DNA from: a virus | Taxonomy: Duplodnaviria > Caudoviricetes | Length of the DNA: 64,000 nt | Virus record (IMG/VR): IMGVR_UViG_3300042892_000699 | Strand: one strand, 5' to 3' | Shown here: piece by piece, positions 20,794-31,734 of the stretch | Layout of the letters: the number at the start of each line of letters is the position of its first letter | Numbering within the stretch: the stretch's first letter is position 1 | The notes under the pieces: generated by a model | Told to the model about the DNA's origin: nothing | The model's input: the letters and a program-made list of their open reading frames with translations, nothing else | Databases searched by the model: none | Position numbers and translations under genes: made by a program

Positions 20794-23700
20794 ATGGCAC
20801 TATCAGACCGCGACATTATTATTACGCCCAACAGAGGCGCAAGTTCAGAACCTATAATCAGCCTTAGAGGCGGAGATGCATCGTCTAGTGCAACTATGAC
20901 GATGCGAATAGTTAATTCCGGAACTGTTTCAACACTGAGTTTTGAAGGTACATCGGGGCAGCTGTTTGCTGTATCTGATACATTTGCTGGAACTATATTT
21001 TCAGCGAACGATATTTCAGGAATTCCCAGCATCGAAGTATTAGACAACGGTGCAGTAAAACTAGCAGAATACAACGGTCAAGTACAGATCGGCGGCGCAA
21101 CTAATGCAAGTAATGCAACTTCTACAGCAACTGGTGAACTGAGAGTAGTAGGCGGCGCAGGTGTATGGAAAGATCTAGTTGTTGGCGGAAGTATTACCGT
21201 AGCAGGATCAATAAATGCTGCTTCAATATCTGGTACAGTTACTAATTCAACTAACGTCACTGTTACTAACGACACAACAAACGCCAGTACACACTATCTT
21301 ACCATGGTGTCGGGCACTAGTGGAAACTTACCTATCAAAGTTGACGGTACTGGTTTAGTATGGATTCCTAGTACAAACAGATTAGGAGTTGCAAACACTA
21401 CACCTAGTTTTTCTCTTGATGTAGGTCCTCAAACTGGTCCGCTACAAACTGTGGCTAGATTTGGTAATCCTGGAAGTGATATCCTTATAACTCATGCCAG
21501 TGCTATTATCAGTCATAATGCTTATTACAACGGTGCCTGGCTAAGGTCTGCTGCCGGTTACGCAAGTCAGGTTGAATTACAAAACGGTCTATTCAACTTC
21601 CAAACAACTCCGACTACTGCCGCAGCCGGAAGTAGTATTACTGACTGGACTTCAAGATTGATGATTTTAAACAACGGCGACGTTGGTATAGGAACAGCAA
21701 GTCCGGCAGCAACTCTGCACATTGTTAGATCTTCAAATCCCTATACTAGAATACAAACAGGCGGTGGATCATATTCGTATCTACAATTAGATGACGGTAG
21801 TTCGAACGGATACTTGATTAAAAACGTTTCTGCCGGTACAGGAAATAATGCTCTTCCAGGAGCACTGTATACATACACTGACAACAGTAAGGCATTTCAA
21901 CATATTCATAGCGGAACCCCATTGTTTACAATCCTATCTACGGGGTTTGTAGGTATCGGAACAACAGCACCTGCATATAAATTTAGTGTAAACACAGCGG
22001 CTGACGTGTGGCATGCACAGTTTGGTACCAGTGGTGGTAAGCAGGTAAGAATTGGCGGCAGTACAACTAACGGTAGCGTTATTGGCGCATACAACACCGA
22101 CGATAACTCTAGCCCAGCAAGTTTATTACTACAGAGAGATGGCGGTAACGTAGGTATCGGTATAGCAGCCCCTAGTGTAAAATTACATGTTGTTGGTTCA
22201 AGTATTTTGTCAAACAATACCGGTATCGACCCTGATGCATATACCAACACAGTGGTAGCAGGAGCAATTGCCGACGGCAGTGGTTGGGGAGTAAGCTCTG
22301 CAATTGGCGGAAATGCAGGCACCGGTGATTCATGGGCGATTGGTCATAATGGTAATTACCTATATTATGGTGTAGGTAACGGTGCAGCAGATAATACATT
22401 TGCAACCTATATGGTTACTGGAGGAACTGGAAGGCACCTGTGGCTAACTCCGGCTTCGGGAGGTAGTGTTGGTATCGGAGTTGCAGAAGGTACAACTCCC
22501 GGTCGTAAGTTAGATGTAAACGGCACTACTAACATCAGCAGTCACATTACACAAGGTACTTTAGTTTCTAGACCGAACGTAACATGGGGTGCAAGTGGAT
22601 CTAGTACCGGTGCAGTGGTTATTAAGTTCCCTGGCGGAACCGGCAACTACGGTATGGTCCATGTGGTTATTGACATCTATACATATGACGGTGAACATGC
22701 AAGTACTGTAATTGTAGGTGGACACAACTGGAACAGTGCATGGTATAATTTTGGAGCTACATTAGTAGGTAGTTATAGTAAGGGTGTGCGTGTTGCATTC
22801 AAAGACGGTCAGTATGCAATTGTCTTGGGTAATAATACCAGCACATGGAGTTATGGTCAGGTAATAGTTAGAAAAATTCAAAACGGTAGTTACTATAGTG
22901 GTGTTATGGATCTTGGTGGTACCTATAGTATTGCACAGGATGCATCAGCTGAATCGTATACTTATATTTCAGGCAATTTAATTACAGCAGGAGCAGGGTC
23001 TAGCGGAGGTTGGAATTCTAGTAATGATGGTTCCGGATCTGGTCTAGATGCTGACTTGTTAGACGGTATTGATAGTTCTAGTTTTGTTAGAGACGATGCA
23101 ACATCTAACGGTTACATTGATTTAAACGGTGGTACACAAAATTCACCAACTGACGCTACTATATACGCAACTGCTACTAATAACAACGACTGGTTATTAA
23201 GACTTAATGCACAGAACTCAAGTAAAACTGAATATGGTGCTTATGTTCAAATACCGAGTGCTGCAACTTATGCGTGGGCAGTTTATTCGGATAGTAACAC
23301 ATGGAACTGGCGAATTAACGGAGCAGGACAATCGTTCTCCCCTATCTATTACGATGTCAACGACACTGCCCGATTTATGGACATGAACGGCAACAATACA
23401 AGTCAGATAGGTAATTTGAGATTAAATGGTGACTGGTCTACAGGATCGCACGCTGAACAGTTAACTGTTCGAGGAACTTATGCTAGTATGTGTTTAAGAG
23501 CCACTAATGGTAATCAACCCTATTGGTTATTCCATAATGACTCTACCTCGGCCTTGTTATTTTATGGAGGCCGAGGTGCTGTAGATGGAAGTTCCTGGGA
23601 TTGGGGATTTAGGATTTATGGAGCGTCTGATGGTCTTTATGGAGAAGGTCGTAACAGCCTGCGAGCACCTATATTCTACGATACCAATGATACTAATTAT

Positions 23701-25362
23701 TATGGTGACTTTGCAAGCAGTTCTAGTTTTAATAATGTAGCCGTAAGAGGTGATTTAAATTCAGCCAGCGTATCTAACGGAACTTTAACACTATGGAGTT
23801 CTGGAGGAACTTCGACTTCTAGAATACAATTTAAGAATCAAGGTTCGATAGGATGGGGATTACATGGCGCACTTACAGAAGGCTATGCAACCTACTGGGA
23901 TATGGATACAAATGGACGTGGTTGGATTTTTAGAAATGCAACGTCCGGAGCAAACGTAGCCAGTATTGGAAATAGTACCGGTGTTACAACACTGGGTTCA
24001 TCCTGGGGAACTGGTACGACTCACGCTCAATTAAACGTGCAGCAGGGTACAAGTAGTGCTATAACATATAGAGACATTGACTTAAAAGGAGGGTGGAGTG
24101 GTGGTGAAGGTCACGCTATCAGTGCCACATATGGTTCAAGTGCAGTTAATCTAGTCGGTCAACAAGTATTCCAACACGACGGTCCTGGATCGAGAATTAA
24201 GTGGGGTAGATTGTATCATAGTGGAGATGTATCTGCATATCCTATGCAGTTAATTTCTGAGAACAATGCTGGTCAAGCATATTTAGAAATTAATTCGGGT
24301 TCAATGAGAGCCCCATTGTACTACGATCATAACAATACCAGCTTCTACATGGATTTTGCCGGCTACAGCAGAATCAATCAACTGACAATAGCTCATGGAA
24401 GAACCAACACATCTGAACAACAACCAGTGGGTCATTTTTCGCACAGCGATGAAGTATTTTCTATAGATCCTAGTTGGACCACAGATCAATTACGTGCTAT
24501 GTTTAGCGGCAGCACCAACGTAAATTGGGTCGCAGACAGTACAGCACCGGGTGGGTACGCTATTTCTCTCGCAGGCGCTATAAATGTAGGTAATACTGTT
24601 TATGGTAGCGGTGTTCCTTGGATCGCTGTAGATCAAGACGATATTTTCTATATGGAAGTATGGATGAAAAACGTGGTCACGCAGAATGGTCACTACATGG
24701 GCAGTATCGATTTCGATCATAACTTTAGCTCTCTAGGTGGAAACCCAGGTAGTTTTGGTTACTGGGTCATGTCAAACAATGCTCCGAGCGTAGGATCTTG
24801 GGTTAAGTATACTGGATATATTGGTGGTTTTGGCAGTAGTACTGGGCAGTTTAAGCCCGGAACAAAATACTGGACACCACAGGCATTGTTTAACTACACA
24901 GGCGGCGGCACTTCTTATATATCAGGATGGAAAGCAATCAGAGTGCGTCATCCAGGAAATAGAACTTTTGCAGGTGAAGTTCGTGCAACCAGTGAAATTA
25001 CTGCCTACTATGGATCTGATGAAAGACTAAAAGAAAACATTCAACCTATTGCAAGTCCCATGGCCATGCTCGAGTCTATTAGAGGTGTATATTTTGACTG
25101 GACACAGGAACATATACAATCCCGTGGCGGAGAAGATGGTTTCTTTGTAAGAAAACATGACATAGGTGTTATTGCTCAAGAAGTTGAAGCGATACTACCA
25201 GAAATTGTTGCAACTAGACCTGATGGTTTCAAAGCGGTTAAATATGAGAAGCTGGTTCCGTTGCTGATAGAAGCAATTAAAGATCAAAAATCTACCATAG
25301 ATCATCTCAGCGCAGAAGTGCAGGAATTAAAAGAATTAGTGCGAAAAAGTTTAGGAAAATAA
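20794..25362 (+). CDS. Tail fibre with C-terminal peptidase S74 intramolecular chaperone, 1522 aa
   Basis: SDERLKENI...IRGVYFDW...IGVIAQEVEAILPEIV...VKYEKLVPLLIEAIK plus coiled coil; APxxYDxNxTxxY repeats. Confidence 0.88.
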   Translation: MALSDRDIIITPNRGASSEPIISLRGGDASSSATMTMRIVNSGTVSTLSFEGTSGQLFAVSDTFAGTIFSANDISGIPSIEVLDNGAVKLAEYNGQVQIGGATNASNATSTATGELRVVGGAGVWKDLVVGGSITVAGSINAASISGTVTNSTNVTVTNDTTNASTHYLTMVSGTSGNLPIKVDGTGLVWIPSTNRLGVANTTPSFSLDVGPQTGPLQTVARFGNPGSDILITHASAIISHNAYYNGAWLRSAAGYASQVELQNGLFNFQTTPTTAAAGSSITDWTSRLMILNNGDVGIGTASPAATLHIVRSSNPYTRIQTGGGSYSYLQLDDGSSNGYLIKNVSAGTGNNALPGALYTYTDNSKAFQHIHSGTPLFTILSTGFVGIGTTAPAYKFSVNTAADVWHAQFGTSGGKQVRIGGSTTNGSVIGAYNTDDNSSPASLLLQRDGGNVGIGIAAPSVKLHVVGSSILSNNTGIDPDAYTNTVVAGAIADGSGWGVSSAIGGNAGTGDSWAIGHNGNYLYYGVGNGAADNTFATYMVTGGTGRHLWLTPASGGSVGIGVAEGTTPGRKLDVNGTTNISSHITQGTLVSRPNVTWGASGSSTGAVVIKFPGGTGNYGMVHVVIDIYTYDGEHASTVIVGGHNWNSAWYNFGATLVGSYSKGVRVAFKDGQYAIVLGNNTSTWSYGQVIVRKIQNGSYYSGVMDLGGTYSIAQDASAESYTYISGNLITAGAGSSGGWNSSNDGSGSGLDADLLDGIDSSSFVRDDATSNGYIDLNGGTQNSPTDATIYATATNNNDWLLRLNAQNSSKTEYGAYVQIPSAATYAWAVYSDSNTWNWRINGAGQSFSPIYYDVNDTARFMDMNGNNTSQIGNLRLNGDWSTGSHAEQLTVRGTYASMCLRATNGNQPYWLFHNDSTSALLFYGGRGAVDGSSWDWGFRIYGASDGLYGEGRNSLRAPIFYDTNDTNYYGDFASSSSFNNVAVRGDLNSASVSNGTLTLWSSGGTSTSRIQFKNQGSIGWGLHGALTEGYATYWDMDTNGRGWIFRNATSGANVASIGNSTGVTTLGSSWGTGTTHAQLNVQQGTSSAITYRDIDLKGGWSGGEGHAISATYGSSAVNLVGQQVFQHDGPGSRIKWGRLYHSGDVSAYPMQLISENNAGQAYLEINSGSMRAPLYYDHNNTSFYMDFAGYSRINQLTIAHGRTNTSEQQPVGHFSHSDEVFSIDPSWTTDQLRAMFSGSTNVNWVADSTAPGGYAISLAGAINVGNTVYGSGVPWIAVDQDDIFYMEVWMKNVVTQNGHYMGSIDFDHNFSSLGGNPGSFGYWVMSNNAPSVGSWVKYTGYIGGFGSSTGQFKPGTKYWTPQALFNYTGGGTSYISGWKAIRVRHPGNRTFAGEVRATSEITAYYGSDERLKENIQPIASPMAMLESIRGVYFDWTQEHIQSRGGEDGFFVRKHDIGVIAQEVEAILPEIVATRPDGFKAVKYEKLVPLLIEAIKDQKSTIDHLSAEVQELKELVRKSLGK

Positions 25363-25365
25363 AGA

Positions 25366-28300
25366 ATGGCAAATTCAGATCGCGACATTAGAATTATACC
25401 GGATAGGGGTTCCTCTACCGATCCGGTTATATACTTCACGGGTGCTGATAGCCTATCTAGCGCAACCATTACTCTAAGAGTTTATAATTCTGGTACAGAT
25501 GCTACTCTAAGTTTTGAAGGTGATGTAGGACAGTTATTCTCTATCACGGACAGTACGTTTGGTCCTGTGTTTGCAGTCAATGACGTTACAGGTATTCCCA
25601 GCATAGAAGTATATGACACTGGTGAAATTAGATTTGCACAGTACAACGGATATCTCAATGTAGCAGGTACAGCAAATGCAACTTCAACAAACACAGGCGT
25701 TGTAAGAATTGCTGGCGGAACAGGTATAGCAAAGGATCTATTCGTTGGTGGAAACATCAACGTCGGCGGAACTATTACAGCATCTAGTGTTTCTGGAACA
25801 GTTACTAACTCCACAAACGTAACTATCACTAACGATGCTTCAAATGCCAGCACCCATTATTTGACTTTTGTTTCTGGAACCAGTGGTAACTTGCCTATCA
25901 AAGTTGATAATTCAGCATTAGTATGGGTCCCTAGTACAAATAGATTGGGTATCGGTACAACCAGTCCCACAAGCAGATTACATGTTGCGGGCGCAGGTAA
26001 CACAACTGGCGGAAATATTCACCTAGGAGACGATGTTAACGGTACAGCAAAGTGGACTTACATAACAGGAGCGCATTATAACGGAGCTACTAACCTTACT
26101 GGCTTCTCATTAATCGGCGGATTATCTGATGCAACTTCAAATAAAGTTGTAATTGGTGGTAACATTTACGAATCTAACCCTGCAACTGAAATTCAGTTCT
26201 GGACACATACTGCAACTACACACGCAACTGGCGGTAGTCAGCGGATGGTCATTGACACTAACGGAAACGTCGGTATCAATATTACGTCACCGACAAGTAG
26301 ATTGCACGTTCGAGAAGCAGGCGCAACCATATCAAGTGGTAATGCTATTAATGGTACCTCAATGAGAGGTATCATGGTTGACAACACTAACAATGATGAT
26401 ACTTCAGTGGGTCTATGGTTTAGCACAGGTCCAGGAAGTCACTGGTCTGGTATCAGTGGTCAGCGATCAAATTCAGCAGCTAACTGGGGAACAGATCTAC
26501 GTTTCTATACACACGAAGACGCAACTAACGATTTAACATATAGTCGAGAAAGACTGCGTATCAGCTCTAACGGTCTTGTAGGCATCGGAACCAGTGACTT
26601 CTCATACACCACTTCAGATAATACTGCGTTAGTAGGTAGTTTTACCAACAATAGATTGTTTGTAAACGGTAGTATTCAACTGCTAGGAAACAATGATGCT
26701 ATTGTATTTGGTCGCGGCACAGGCACATTCCTAAAAGACGAAGAACTAGGTTTTGGTTGGGGCGGTGGCTGGTGGATGAATGATGCTACATATCTGCGTG
26801 TAAAAGCCTACAAGCACGTCTATAACGAAAATATCTACAGCGGTTCTAGATTTCAAAACTTTTCAACTAGTTATAATGCACCTAACATGTTTATGCCACG
26901 TTGGGAGGACCCAAACTTTGCATATGGCATGTCATCGAATGACAGTAGCGTCTATTGGATGCAGGCAAAGTATTACGGTTTAGGTAATAACGATCGAGGA
27001 TTTAGAGTATTAGATTCTAATAGTGGTGCGGTAAGAATGTCAGTTGCTGATAAGATTACTACACACCAAAACACATTCTATCGTACCTTCAACAGTTACA
27101 CAGGCTCTGACAACGGTCCAATGAAGACCTGGGACGGTGTACTTACTGCCGGTTCGGATTATAGTGGAGCCGCAACTTATACGGTTATTGAAACTAATGT
27201 TCCGCAAGACAGCTACATGATGGGCGGCTTTACCATTAACTGGTTTGAGAACTATTCTAGTAATAACGCTAAAACTAGTATTAATTTAGGTGGTTACTGG
27301 AATGCAGAAAGCAATGGCGGTTTTCAAGGCTGGGAGTATACTAGCACTAATCCTAATATTGTTCCTACTATTCAGGTAGGTAGAAATATCAGTACTGGTA
27401 GGACAGCAATTATATTAACGCACTTTAATTCTAGTTATCCTATTATTTTAGCAAGAGACTTATGGTTAGGTTATAGTACTGGTGATTACGATTATGGATC
27501 AGGCTGGTCGATCCTACAAACCAACAGTTTGTCAGCTTATACAAACTTAGATACTGTTGTTCCTAGGACTTCAGTTGCTGGTAGTTCTGGTTCAGGTTCT
27601 GGATTAAATGCTGACCTGTTAGACGGCATCGACAGCACAGGATTTTGGCGTCAGAGTGGTAGTTGGGCAGGTGATTTAGCTTCTAACGGGTACACAAGAA
27701 CTAATGGTGTTACTACTGGAGCCGGAGCCGAGTTTGTAGTTTTAGAAAGTGGTGGTCGAGGATACACATTAGTTGATGGCTCATATTACGCCTACGAAGG
27801 TGGCGGATTTTATTCTTCAAGTAACTCTGCGTTTGGTACCTTAAGAGGTTTTTATTCTGATTCTTCTTCTAGTGTACTGTTCAACGCTACAATAAAAGCA
27901 CCTAGGTTTGAGGACAGCAATGATACATCATATTATGTAGATCCTGGCAGTGACTCGAGACTCAACGGTAGATTAACTGTAGCAGCTGGGCACGGTGATT
28001 CATCACTTAGAGTGCATCTGAACGCCGCAGACAACGGTGCCGGTACAGGTATATCCGCTTTACAAATGTGGTGCAGTGAACCAGGTAATACATGGGACTG
28101 GGCAGGCTTTGGTTTCAACGTTGATAACAGTCAGAACACTAACATGCCTGTCTATTACTTTGGTAGACCAAATCCTAGTTTTGGACAAGCGTACATGAGA
28201 ATGGGTACAGGCGGACAGTGGTATTTCTATACCGCTACCGCAGGTACAGGAGATTATTCAGGTACTAGATATACTCACATGTATCTAGCACCAAATAACG

Positions 28301-29943
28301 GTGTTGAAACATATGGTAGATTGTATAACGATACTCGTGTCGATGCACCTATATTCTATGACAGTAATGATACTACATATTATGTTAACCCTGCAGTCGA
28401 CACCCGACTTGGAGGCCAGGTTAAAATAGCAGGTAACGCATCGGGCAGCGCAGGTAATGCACTTATTGTAGGCAGCACAACTGTTAATTTTTCATTACAA
28501 GATACTAATCTAAGACCTATTCTACACGCTCATGGTCAGTACCCTGCATTAACTTTAAACCATACTGTAACATCAAATACCAATCACGGACCCACAATAC
28601 AATTTACCTGCAACGGCGTCGGTAATCAGTTTGTTATTGGAACAGGTGGAGCCGGAACATTCCTAGATATGGGATATTCTAGCGCAGGCGATTGGAATCC
28701 ACACAATGGTATTGCTGGATACAACGGTGTTACTTTCTTTAGGGCAAATACTAGCGGAAATATAGGAATCGGCGCTCAGGGCGACTGGGGAGCATTAGGA
28801 GGCGGTGATCCAGGGTACGCTATTGATACTAGGGGAACATTATATAATAATACTGACATTCGTGCTCCAATTTTCTACGACAGCAACAATACCGGTTACT
28901 ATGCTGACCCCAACAGTACATCAAACTTTGTAGGGCTAACAGTCGCTAACAGAATTACAGGAAGCGTTAGCGGATATGCAACTAGAATTGATGATGCACA
29001 AAGAACTGCATTTACTGTAGGTGGCAATACAAGTAATTTTTATCCTGTAGTATTTCAACTTGGTTCAGGACCAACTGTACAACAATACGGCGAGTTTATG
29101 ATTGAACGTGGTGGATACGACGACCCTGGATACACCGGCGTTAACTTCTCTACTATGAACGCACGTTTTAGTCACAAGTCCAGCGGCTGGGGCTTTGGTT
29201 CTACATATGAAAATTGCGAATCCTTGTATCAAAACGTTCAATTGATTGCAAACTGGCAACAGGTCAGCGAAAGCAGTAGAATGATTATTTGGCTTCGTGG
29301 CGCAACAATTTATAACTTTTACAATATTGTAGGTAATACAACATTGTTTAATGGTAACTCTGCTGGTGGAAACATTGTTGAATCTAACCCATCATACTAC
29401 ACTTACACATTTACACCAACAACTACAATTCAACCTAAAGCACAACACAGTAAATATTTCAATAGTGGTGCTATGTTTGATGGTAGCTGCAGGATTCTTA
29501 GCTTAGGGTTGGGCACTAATGCATCGGGTACAACGGGTGAAATTAGAGCAACTAATGAAATTACAGCTTACTATTCAGATCGTAGGTTAAAAACCAACGT
29601 TCAAGTTATCGAAAATGCCGTAGACAAAGTAAAAAAATTAACTGGTATTACTTATACAGGGAACAATATTGCAGGAGAACACGGGTACGACATCAATAAA
29701 AGACAAGCAGGTGTATTTGCAGATGAAGTTGAAAGCGTATTACCAGAAATTGTTAGGCCAGCTCCGTTTGATATTGATGACGACGGTGACAGCAAGTCAG
29801 GTGAATATTATAAAACAGTACAGTATGAAAAATTAGTTCCGTTATTAATTGAAGCAATTAAAGAACAACAAAAAACCATTGAAAAACAAAGTCAACGCAT
29901 CAATGACCTTGAAGATAGAATAAATAAAAACAAGTTAATCTAA
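25366..29943 (+). CDS. Second tail fibre with peptidase S74 chaperone, 1525 aa, paralogue of the previous gene
   Basis: SDRRLKTNV...GVFADEVESVLPEIV...VQYEKLVPLLIEAIKEQ; N-terminal ~200 aa clearly aligned with gene 20794. Confidence 0.88.
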   Translation: MANSDRDIRIIPDRGSSTDPVIYFTGADSLSSATITLRVYNSGTDATLSFEGDVGQLFSITDSTFGPVFAVNDVTGIPSIEVYDTGEIRFAQYNGYLNVAGTANATSTNTGVVRIAGGTGIAKDLFVGGNINVGGTITASSVSGTVTNSTNVTITNDASNASTHYLTFVSGTSGNLPIKVDNSALVWVPSTNRLGIGTTSPTSRLHVAGAGNTTGGNIHLGDDVNGTAKWTYITGAHYNGATNLTGFSLIGGLSDATSNKVVIGGNIYESNPATEIQFWTHTATTHATGGSQRMVIDTNGNVGINITSPTSRLHVREAGATISSGNAINGTSMRGIMVDNTNNDDTSVGLWFSTGPGSHWSGISGQRSNSAANWGTDLRFYTHEDATNDLTYSRERLRISSNGLVGIGTSDFSYTTSDNTALVGSFTNNRLFVNGSIQLLGNNDAIVFGRGTGTFLKDEELGFGWGGGWWMNDATYLRVKAYKHVYNENIYSGSRFQNFSTSYNAPNMFMPRWEDPNFAYGMSSNDSSVYWMQAKYYGLGNNDRGFRVLDSNSGAVRMSVADKITTHQNTFYRTFNSYTGSDNGPMKTWDGVLTAGSDYSGAATYTVIETNVPQDSYMMGGFTINWFENYSSNNAKTSINLGGYWNAESNGGFQGWEYTSTNPNIVPTIQVGRNISTGRTAIILTHFNSSYPIILARDLWLGYSTGDYDYGSGWSILQTNSLSAYTNLDTVVPRTSVAGSSGSGSGLNADLLDGIDSTGFWRQSGSWAGDLASNGYTRTNGVTTGAGAEFVVLESGGRGYTLVDGSYYAYEGGGFYSSSNSAFGTLRGFYSDSSSSVLFNATIKAPRFEDSNDTSYYVDPGSDSRLNGRLTVAAGHGDSSLRVHLNAADNGAGTGISALQMWCSEPGNTWDWAGFGFNVDNSQNTNMPVYYFGRPNPSFGQAYMRMGTGGQWYFYTATAGTGDYSGTRYTHMYLAPNNGVETYGRLYNDTRVDAPIFYDSNDTTYYVNPAVDTRLGGQVKIAGNASGSAGNALIVGSTTVNFSLQDTNLRPILHAHGQYPALTLNHTVTSNTNHGPTIQFTCNGVGNQFVIGTGGAGTFLDMGYSSAGDWNPHNGIAGYNGVTFFRANTSGNIGIGAQGDWGALGGGDPGYAIDTRGTLYNNTDIRAPIFYDSNNTGYYADPNSTSNFVGLTVANRITGSVSGYATRIDDAQRTAFTVGGNTSNFYPVVFQLGSGPTVQQYGEFMIERGGYDDPGYTGVNFSTMNARFSHKSSGWGFGSTYENCESLYQNVQLIANWQQVSESSRMIIWLRGATIYNFYNIVGNTTLFNGNSAGGNIVESNPSYYTYTFTPTTTIQPKAQHSKYFNSGAMFDGSCRILSLGLGTNASGTTGEIRATNEITAYYSDRRLKTNVQVIENAVDKVKKLTGITYTGNNIAGEHGYDINKRQAGVFADEVESVLPEIVRPAPFDIDDDGDSKSGEYYKTVQYEKLVPLLIEAIKEQQKTIEKQSQRINDLEDRINKNKLI

Positions 29944-29959
29944 AGGATTAGGAGAAATT

Positions 29960-30310
29960 ATGTCAATTACGTATACCTGGAAAATTACAGGATTAAAGCA
30001 AAATAGCAACGGCGAAGTTGTACACGCCACATGGCAAAAAACTGGTACAGATTCTGATGGACATTCTGGAGTCTTTACGGGAGCAACTCCTTTTACAATA
30101 CCAGAAGGTGCAGAACTTATTCCTACTCAGACACTAAGTGAAGATGATGTTATGGGCTGGATCAAGGCTATAGTTGTAAACGATTACGAACGACATGTTA
30201 ATGGACAGATCCAGAAACAGATCGATCAACAAAAATCCGTGTTAGCAGATGTTAAGTTATCATGGATGCCTGAACCCGCAGCAGCGCCTATGGCACCGCC
30301 AACTGAATAA
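29960..30310 (+). CDS. Small fibre-associated protein, 116 aa
   Basis: ITYTWKITGL...V..W..TG.D.DG.SG pattern of small proteins that follow S74 fibres; SD taggaga. Confidence 0.6.
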   Translation: MSITYTWKITGLKQNSNGEVVHATWQKTGTDSDGHSGVFTGATPFTIPEGAELIPTQTLSEDDVMGWIKAIVVNDYERHVNGQIQKQIDQQKSVLADVKLSWMPEPAAAPMAPPTE

Positions 30311-30350
30311 TACATAGTCACATTTTAATATAAACAAGGAAATGGGCTCA

Positions 30351-30356
30351 TAAATA
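30351..30356 (+). promoter_or_regulatory. T4-like late promoter core
   Basis: caTAAATAtc then SD aagga and ATG 30376. Confidence 0.6.
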
Positions 30357-30375
30357 TCAGGGCCTCAAGGACATA

Positions 30376-30606
30376 ATGCCAGGAAATTTACCAGCAACAG
30401 GATCGGAACTATCATTCGGAAGAGTCAACAGGGCGTATACTAACAATACACCTGGTGCTGCCGGCAATGCTCCGTCTGGCGGCCAGAATATTAGGTTAAG
30501 TGCTATCCTAGGTAATAATGCTACTTACGGTATTAACCAAGCAGCCGGAACCCAGATTAGATTCTCTCAAACTTTCGGCGGCCGCTCATATCCTTTTACA
30601 TATTAA
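30376..30606 (+). CDS. Small Gly/Asn-rich putative virion protein, 76 aa
   Basis: Late promoter and SD upstream; LPATGSELSFGRVN start resembles small phage structural proteins. Confidence 0.6.
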   Translation: MPGNLPATGSELSFGRVNRAYTNNTPGAAGNAPSGGQNIRLSAILGNNATYGINQAAGTQIRFSQTFGGRSYPFTY

Positions 30607-30607
30607 C

Positions 30608-31081
30608 ATGAAACCAAACAACATTGCAAAACTATTAGAATCAGTAAACGAATGCCCTAGCAAATGGGAATTAGATAACGTAATTTGGGCAGATAGAGGA
30701 ACAAATCCAACAATTTTAAAAAAATTCCTGGAAAGAATCCAAACTCTATCAGAGTCTGGTGCTACATTAACACCCGGCGAAGCCTCTGAACTAGAACGTC
30801 TAACAGATTTACTAGACGACATGGACATCGATGAATGTTCTGAACTTTTAAATTTAAATGAAGATGCTTCTAAAGAATCTTTTATTGAGAACTTGGCAAG
30901 AACCAGCGCAATTGAAGTTCTTACAAATGAAAAATTGAGCTTTGAAACCATGACAACCGCTTGCAAACTAAGTCCTAATGACTTTATACTGTGTGCTAAG
31001 AGGACCCAAGATTTAATCAATGCTATCCACGGATTGGTAATCAAGGGCGAAACACTTAGTAACGATGTAGCAGGCGCATGA
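30608..31081 (+). CDS. Hypothetical protein, 157 aa (start corrected to ATG 30608)
   Basis: ATG 1 nt after upstream stop; ATGA overlap with the next gene. Confidence 0.6.
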   Translation: MKPNNIAKLLESVNECPSKWELDNVIWADRGTNPTILKKFLERIQTLSESGATLTPGEASELERLTDLLDDMDIDECSELLNLNEDASKESFIENLARTSAIEVLTNEKLSFETMTTACKLSPNDFILCAKRTQDLINAIHGLVIKGETLSNDVAGA

Positions 31082-31734
31082 AAAAGAACTCAGTATTTTC
31101 TTCAAGTAAATGGTCAACTAAAAAGGGAAAAATAGCAGTATGTATTCCTACACGGGATACACTGCATTCTGCCCATGCAATGAGCTTACTTGAAATGGTA
31201 AAATTTAATACCATGAATGATTTAGACACACATGTGTTTATGGATGCAAGCACAATCTTACTTACACAACGTGAGAGACTTGCAACAATGGCCTTAGATT
31301 TAGGGGCTGAATATATGCTGTGGCTAGATAGTGATATAGTATTTCCAGCAACCACTGCTGTTAGACTGTTAGCTCACAATCAACCTATAGTTGCAGGAAA
31401 TTACGTTAGACGACAATTTCCCTGTAAAGGTGTTGCTTATGAAACAATAGGCGACTGGGAAAATCCCTTAGACTTTAAAGTTCAAGATAAACTTGTGGAC
31501 GTAGAAGGAATAGGCATGGGTTGTGTATTAATGAAAACTGAAATATTCAATCAACTTCCGAAACCTTGGTTTGAATTTGGATGGAGTCCTGCATCAAATG
31601 ATTTCTTAGGTGAAGATATGTTACTATGGCAAAAAGTCAGTGCAGCCGGGTACACTGTCAAAGTTGATACAGCACTAAGTCAAGAACTACGCCACTTAGG
31701 AACTTACGGTTTTGGTCCTAGCGACCTAGACTAA
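31078..31734 (+). CDS. GT-A fold (GT2-like) glycosyltransferase, 218 aa
   Basis: KIAVCIPTRD start, MLWLDSD (DxD), GIGMGCVLMK, GEDM motifs. Confidence 0.75.
   Translation: MKKNSVFSSSKWSTKKGKIAVCIPTRDTLHSAHAMSLLEMVKFNTMNDLDTHVFMDASTILLTQRERLATMALDLGAEYMLWLDSDIVFPATTAVRLLAHNQPIVAGNYVRRQFPCKGVAYETIGDWENPLDFKVQDKLVDVEGIGMGCVLMKTEIFNQLPKPWFEFGWSPASNDFLGEDMLLWQKVSAAGYTVKVDTALSQELRHLGTYGFGPSDLD

Noticed and set aside
2201-29259. Many minus-strand ORFs (e.g. 2201-2557, 9881-10306, 12089-12604, 21906-22322, 25482-25853) inside fibre genes
   Set aside because: Antisense shadows of repetitive Gly/Thr/Ala/Val codons (give Pro/Val/Ala-rich text), no SD or promoter, fully nested in strong genes
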